Origin: Hyperthermus butylicus DSM 5456
GTDB lineage: Archaea; Thermoproteota; Thermoprotei_A; Sulfolobales; Pyrodictiaceae
Length of the DNA stretch: 32,000 bases
Reading direction: 5' to 3'
Assembly: GCF_000015145.1 (NCBI RefSeq)
Contig: NC_008818.1
Span: 360,001 to 392,000, forward strand
The position numbers and the translations under genes were made by a program. The notes under the pieces are model-generated. The model was not told the origin of the DNA, searched no databases, and saw only the letters and a list, made by a program, of their open reading frames with translations. Positions 28,491 through 32,000 of this stretch are shown here, in pieces; position 1 is the first letter of the stretch; each line of letters opens with the position of its first letter.

Positions 28491-30149
28491 TCAGACACTG
28501 GCGGTCTCCTCACAGCCCTGCCTAGAAACATGGAGTTGTATTGAAAAGAGATAAAGATTATGCGCGGGGAAAGACGCTAATAGAATATCCTTAAGCATGA
28601 GCAGTAGTAGCGGCAAGTATATCGCCGATAGAATGATTCCATACTTAGCAATCGTCCTTATCGTGATTAGACCGCCCGCAAAGACTATTGCGTTTGGCGG
28701 CGTTAAGACGGGCAGTGTGAGCGCTATGGAGGCTGATAGCGCTACTGCGACTGATACATACATGGGCGTCGAAGTTGATAGCCCTGCTGCGATACCTATT
28801 GAGAGCGCTATTGGTACTATAGCATTCGTGGTGGCAGTGTTTGACGATACTTGTGTTAGCGTCCATGTTAGCAGGACTAAGCCATAGAGGACTGCTGCTG
28901 TGGTTGCTCCGCCGAGCCCGCTCGTAATCTCCTCTCCAAACCAAATACCTGCCTTCGACTTGAAGAGTAGGCTACCCATTACTAGACCGCCAGCGAAGAG
29001 GAACAGTGTATCCCAGTCGAGCTTTGATAGCGCATCTTTCCAGTCGAAGAAGAACTTATAGCCGTTACGCACGCTGCGTGGCACTCCGAATAGCAGAACA
29101 CCTGCCAGCACAGCTGGTATAGAGTCATCTGGCACAATCTTCTTTATAAAGCTTAGAGGCTTGATTAGCGCTGCTAAGCCACGGAGAATCCATAGCGAGA
29201 CCACGATAATGAATGTGAATAGGAACCATTTCTCTTCTGGCTTGAGTTTCGGCGGTACTTCGCGGCCGAACTCCTTTGCAAGCTTCTACTGTAACGCGCT
29301 GTCCACTACTGCTGTGCCAAATACCATCTTGAAGAAGACCACCATTATTGCAAAGAACACTATCGATATTGGAACACCGAACTCCATCCGCTCAAAGAAC
29401 GATATTGTTCCAATGTTTAGCTTTTCAAGGAATCCTACTGCTACGAGGTTTGGAGGTGTACCCACGAGCGTTGCCATACCACCAAGAGAGGCTGCAAACG
29501 CTAAACCTATTAGCGCAATTTCACGCTGGCTCTGCGATAGTATTGGGATTGATACAAGGCCTACCATGATCGGATAAATTAGAGCGGTAGCAGCAGTATT
29601 TGACATCCACCAGCTTAGAAACCACGCTACAGTACACATAGCCACATAGAGCCAAAACGCGTCGGAAACCCTCATACGCAGCGTTATTAACACTAGCCTC
29701 TTAGCAAAACCCGATGCCTCCATAGCATATGCTAGCATGAAGCCGCCCCAGAACACCCATATAATTCTATGGAAGAACGTCTGGAGAATGTCGCTTACAC
29801 CAGCCTTGGCGCTTGAAAAACCGAAGGCACCTAGAGAGACGCCAACCATTATGCCGCCAACAAGACCTGAAACAAGTGCTGCAACACCATAGGGTACAGC
29901 GCTAGTGATCCACCACACAATAATCCAGAGCATAAGGCCCAATGCCGTGTTAGGAGCCCAGGGCGCCTCTGGGTTCACTAGCTCACCTGTAACTGGGCTC
30001 CTTAGCTCCTTAGTGGGGGTGCTAGGAGTAGTATTATAAAGAGTAACGGGCCGAGTATGAGGCCTGCGAGCCTCGTATTCATTTCCGCACTCCCTATTAG
30101 ATTTTTTAGATCCATTTAGACCACAAAATCTAAAATATCTTCCCCACAA
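28491..30149 (-). CDS. SLC13/DASS-like anion or dicarboxylate transporter interrupted by a single in-frame TAG (29286..29288)
   Basis: The two supplied ORFs (29286..30149 and 28491..29204) share one frame. The full frame reads ...VVDSALQ-TAG-KLAKEFGREVPPKLKPEEKWFLFTFIIVVSLWILRG. Both halves are polytopic with repeated transporter motifs (SNTAATALIYPIM, SSNTATTNAIVPIAL). Confidence 0.8.
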
Positions 30150-30229
30150 TCTTAGGCGGAAAGAAGATGCTTAAAAGCGTTACTACCGGAACAACTATGA
30201 ATGGGTTCAGCTGCCGCTGATTTTCTCAC

Positions 30230-30250
30230 AGCCCCCCGCCCCTGGGGGCT
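30230..30250. terminator. Short GC hairpin, possible terminator or RNA structure
   Basis: AGCCCCC-CGCCCCT-GGGGGCT inverted repeat about 70 nt beyond the stop of the PAPS-reductase-like gene. Confidence 0.25.
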
Positions 30251-30320
30251 CAACAACAGGGGTTCTCACCATCACCCTGGAGATAGGGTGTTACAGCCAA
30301 CCTTCACTCTAGCGTCCACG

Positions 30321-31739
30321 CTAGCCACAAGGGGCTATGGGAGCTTCGTCACCGACAACACATGCAACAGTTGTCTTCGTTACTGCTGCCCTCTTATAGA
30401 GTCTTGACACTATAAACCTCCTATATATCGGGTTCTTGGAAAGCTTTATGTGTAGCTCGCTCGTAGTCATAGCATATATCTCCCAGTTTCGCAGAGCAGG
30501 ACACATGTAGCAGCCTATCCTGTAAAAGCCATAGTAGTACATGGGGTTTAAGGGGAGCCCATTCATAATGATGTACAGCTGTACGTGCGCAGCACTCCAC
30601 ATACGCAATGGCGTAACAACTAACATGTCGCCAGTGTAGGCCCTCCGTACGGGTGGCCTGGCGCTACGCCTAGGCGATTCCGCGTCACGGTCACCAACTA
30701 CTAAGAGCGTTTTGCCTTCAGCAAGCTTTACGGCCATCTCCTCTATAGACTTAACCTTGAGTATTGTACACCACCTATCACCATGACTTGGAAGCGGCGC
30801 ACCTCTCATTAGCTCCTTGTCTATACCAGCATATGCTCTTACAACCTCTATGCCCAGCTTCTCTGCAACCTCTTCGACGTAGCGTACCGAATCGGGGAAC
30901 TCCGTGCCAGTATCGCCGTATACAACTCTTACACGATCTTTTCCATACGCCTTTAGGGCTAAGAGTAGCGCTGCTGTACTATCCTTACCACCGCTCCAGG
31001 GGACTATGATTGTATCAAATTCGCCTAAGCTCCTTAGGAAGCGTATAGCTGCCCGCTCATATATCCCAATTACCTCCCTGTTAGCCTCAACGAGGCTATC
31101 CATGCTAACGCTTATTGGCTCTATGCCATCATTTATGCGTGATGCTCTCGGCTTAAACCCAGCATCGCCTATATCTAGCTCGACTACAGGGTTGGGACCA
31201 TTGTATACTATGTGTGTCCCACCGGTAGTCCTAACAACGAGGGGGTTTTCGCCAATTAGCGTCCCGGATAGTCTTGAAACGAGGCGAGAGAAACGACCAA
31301 CACCTATGAAGACTTCGTAGCTCGGTGCAGGGTCTTCAAGCTGGGGATCTATTGGTGACCCAACTGGCCCGAAGACATAAGCCCTCCTGGACTCATCCCA
31401 GGATGTCGCTACCCGGAACATTGTGCGCGCCTTTACAACCTCCATGTATAACTGCTCGAGCCTAGCATTTCGCACTCTTGCACGCGGTACAACGCGGAGC
31501 ACAACATTTGGTGGAAGCCATTCGGCGAGATGACTAGCTACCTCCCTATCCTCCCTGCCAAGGAGCACTATATAGAACTTATCCGGCTCAATTATCTCCT
31601 CAAGAGCCGCTTCCGCGGCCGCAGGACTACGAGCGCCATGGAGCGTTTTAACATCTACGCCCCAGTCCCGGTAGAACCTCTCAACCATTGCTGAAACTGC
31701 AGCAGCATCCTTGCGGCTTCTAACTACTATCGTGAACAT
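30321..31739 (-). CDS. PAPS reductase-family (PP-loop) protein with N-terminal extension
   Basis: TIIVPWSGGKDSTAALLLALKAYG, VVYGDTGTEFPDS, CTILKVKSIEE, and GCYMCPALRNWEIY. About 230 aa precede the PP-loop domain. Confidence 0.83.
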   Translation of the reverse strand: MFTIVVRSRKDAAAVSAMVERFYRDWGVDVKTLHGARSPAAAEAALEEIIEPDKFYIVLLGREDREVASHLAEWLPPNVVLRVVPRARVRNARLEQLYMEVVKARTMFRVATSWDESRRAYVFGPVGSPIDPQLEDPAPSYEVFIGVGRFSRLVSRLSGTLIGENPLVVRTTGGTHIVYNGPNPVVELDIGDAGFKPRASRINDGIEPISVSMDSLVEANREVIGIYERAAIRFLRSLGEFDTIIVPWSGGKDSTAALLLALKAYGKDRVRVVYGDTGTEFPDSVRYVEEVAEKLGIEVVRAYAGIDKELMRGAPLPSHGDRWCTILKVKSIEEMAVKLAEGKTLLVVGDRDAESPRRSARPPVRRAYTGDMLVVTPLRMWSAAHVQLYIIMNGLPLNPMYYYGFYRIGCYMCPALRNWEIYAMTTSELHIKLSKNPIYRRFIVSRLYKRAAVTKTTVACVVGDEAPIAPCG

Positions 31740-31924
31740 AGCTCCTGCCCTACCCTTACACGCGCGGTAAGGATGTAGACCCGCCCCACTCTCTTAATCA
31801 TAACCTCCTGGGTGGTGTAGCTACACGCTACCGGGCAGGGCTGGGTTGATGAGGGGTTGAGTCGCCGACCCTGGGGGAATGGGGAGACCGCCCCCTGCAC
31901 AGTCTCTGACCGCGGTGTGACGCC

Positions 31925-32000
31925 TTGACCGAACTTTACCCGCTCATTGAGGGAGGCCGTGTCGTAGGCGTTATCGGCAGTGGCGGCGATGCAACAAAGA
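31925..32000 (+). CDS. Partial CDS running off the right edge
   Basis: TTG start with GGTG upstream, reading MTELYPLIEGGRVVGVIGSGGDATK. Open to the window end and not in the supplied ORF track. Confidence 0.4.
   Translation, partial: MTELYPLIEGGRVVGVIGSGGDATK

Noticed and set aside
1-32000. Search for CRISPR arrays, transposases, toxin-antitoxin pairs or a phage-like block
   Set aside because: No regularly spaced repeats and no recognisable transposase, integrase, Cas or toxin motifs were seen. Computational screening would be needed to exclude subtle cases.

Overview
This window looks like a compact hyperthermophilic archaeal chromosome, probably Thermoproteota (Crenarchaeota) and possibly Pyrodictiaceae/Desulfurococcales-like. 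Lineage is inferred from gene content and was not tested. The left third is a molybdenum/tungsten-linked module: a MobB-like P-loop protein with an apparent CTG start, a three-subunit (poly)sulfide-reductase-type molybdopterin oxidoreductase (NrfD-like, 4Fe-4S and Tat-exported catalytic subunits), a Tfx-family regulator, and a divergent molybdate/tungstate ABC transporter followed by a Mth938-domain protein. The rest is mostly housekeeping: AMP phosphorylase, spermidine synthase, HerA-like ATPase, ThpR plus DUF504, GHMP kinase-like, HAD phosphatase, DRG-type GTPase, ASCH, AMMECR1, NSUN-like methyltransferase, thymidylate kinase, flavoprotein, Ntn asparaginase, ribosomal P1/L12, TIP49/RuvBL, an SLC13-like transporter and a PAPS-reductase-family protein. 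Five tRNA genes were found: Val-TAC, two near-identical Leu genes (TAA and TAG), intron-bearing Ser-CGA, and Gly-CCC. I saw no CRISPR array, intact transposon or clear defence island. The best follow-up targets are the in-frame TAG inside the transporter gene, the CTG start of the MobB-like gene, an 11-bp direct repeat flanking the Tfx/ABC-transporter divergent promoter, a TFS-like protein lacking its catalytic C-ribbon, an altered Walker B in TIP49, and the Leu tRNA pair that differs at only two positions. I did not find convincing evidence of a wholly novel multi-gene system.
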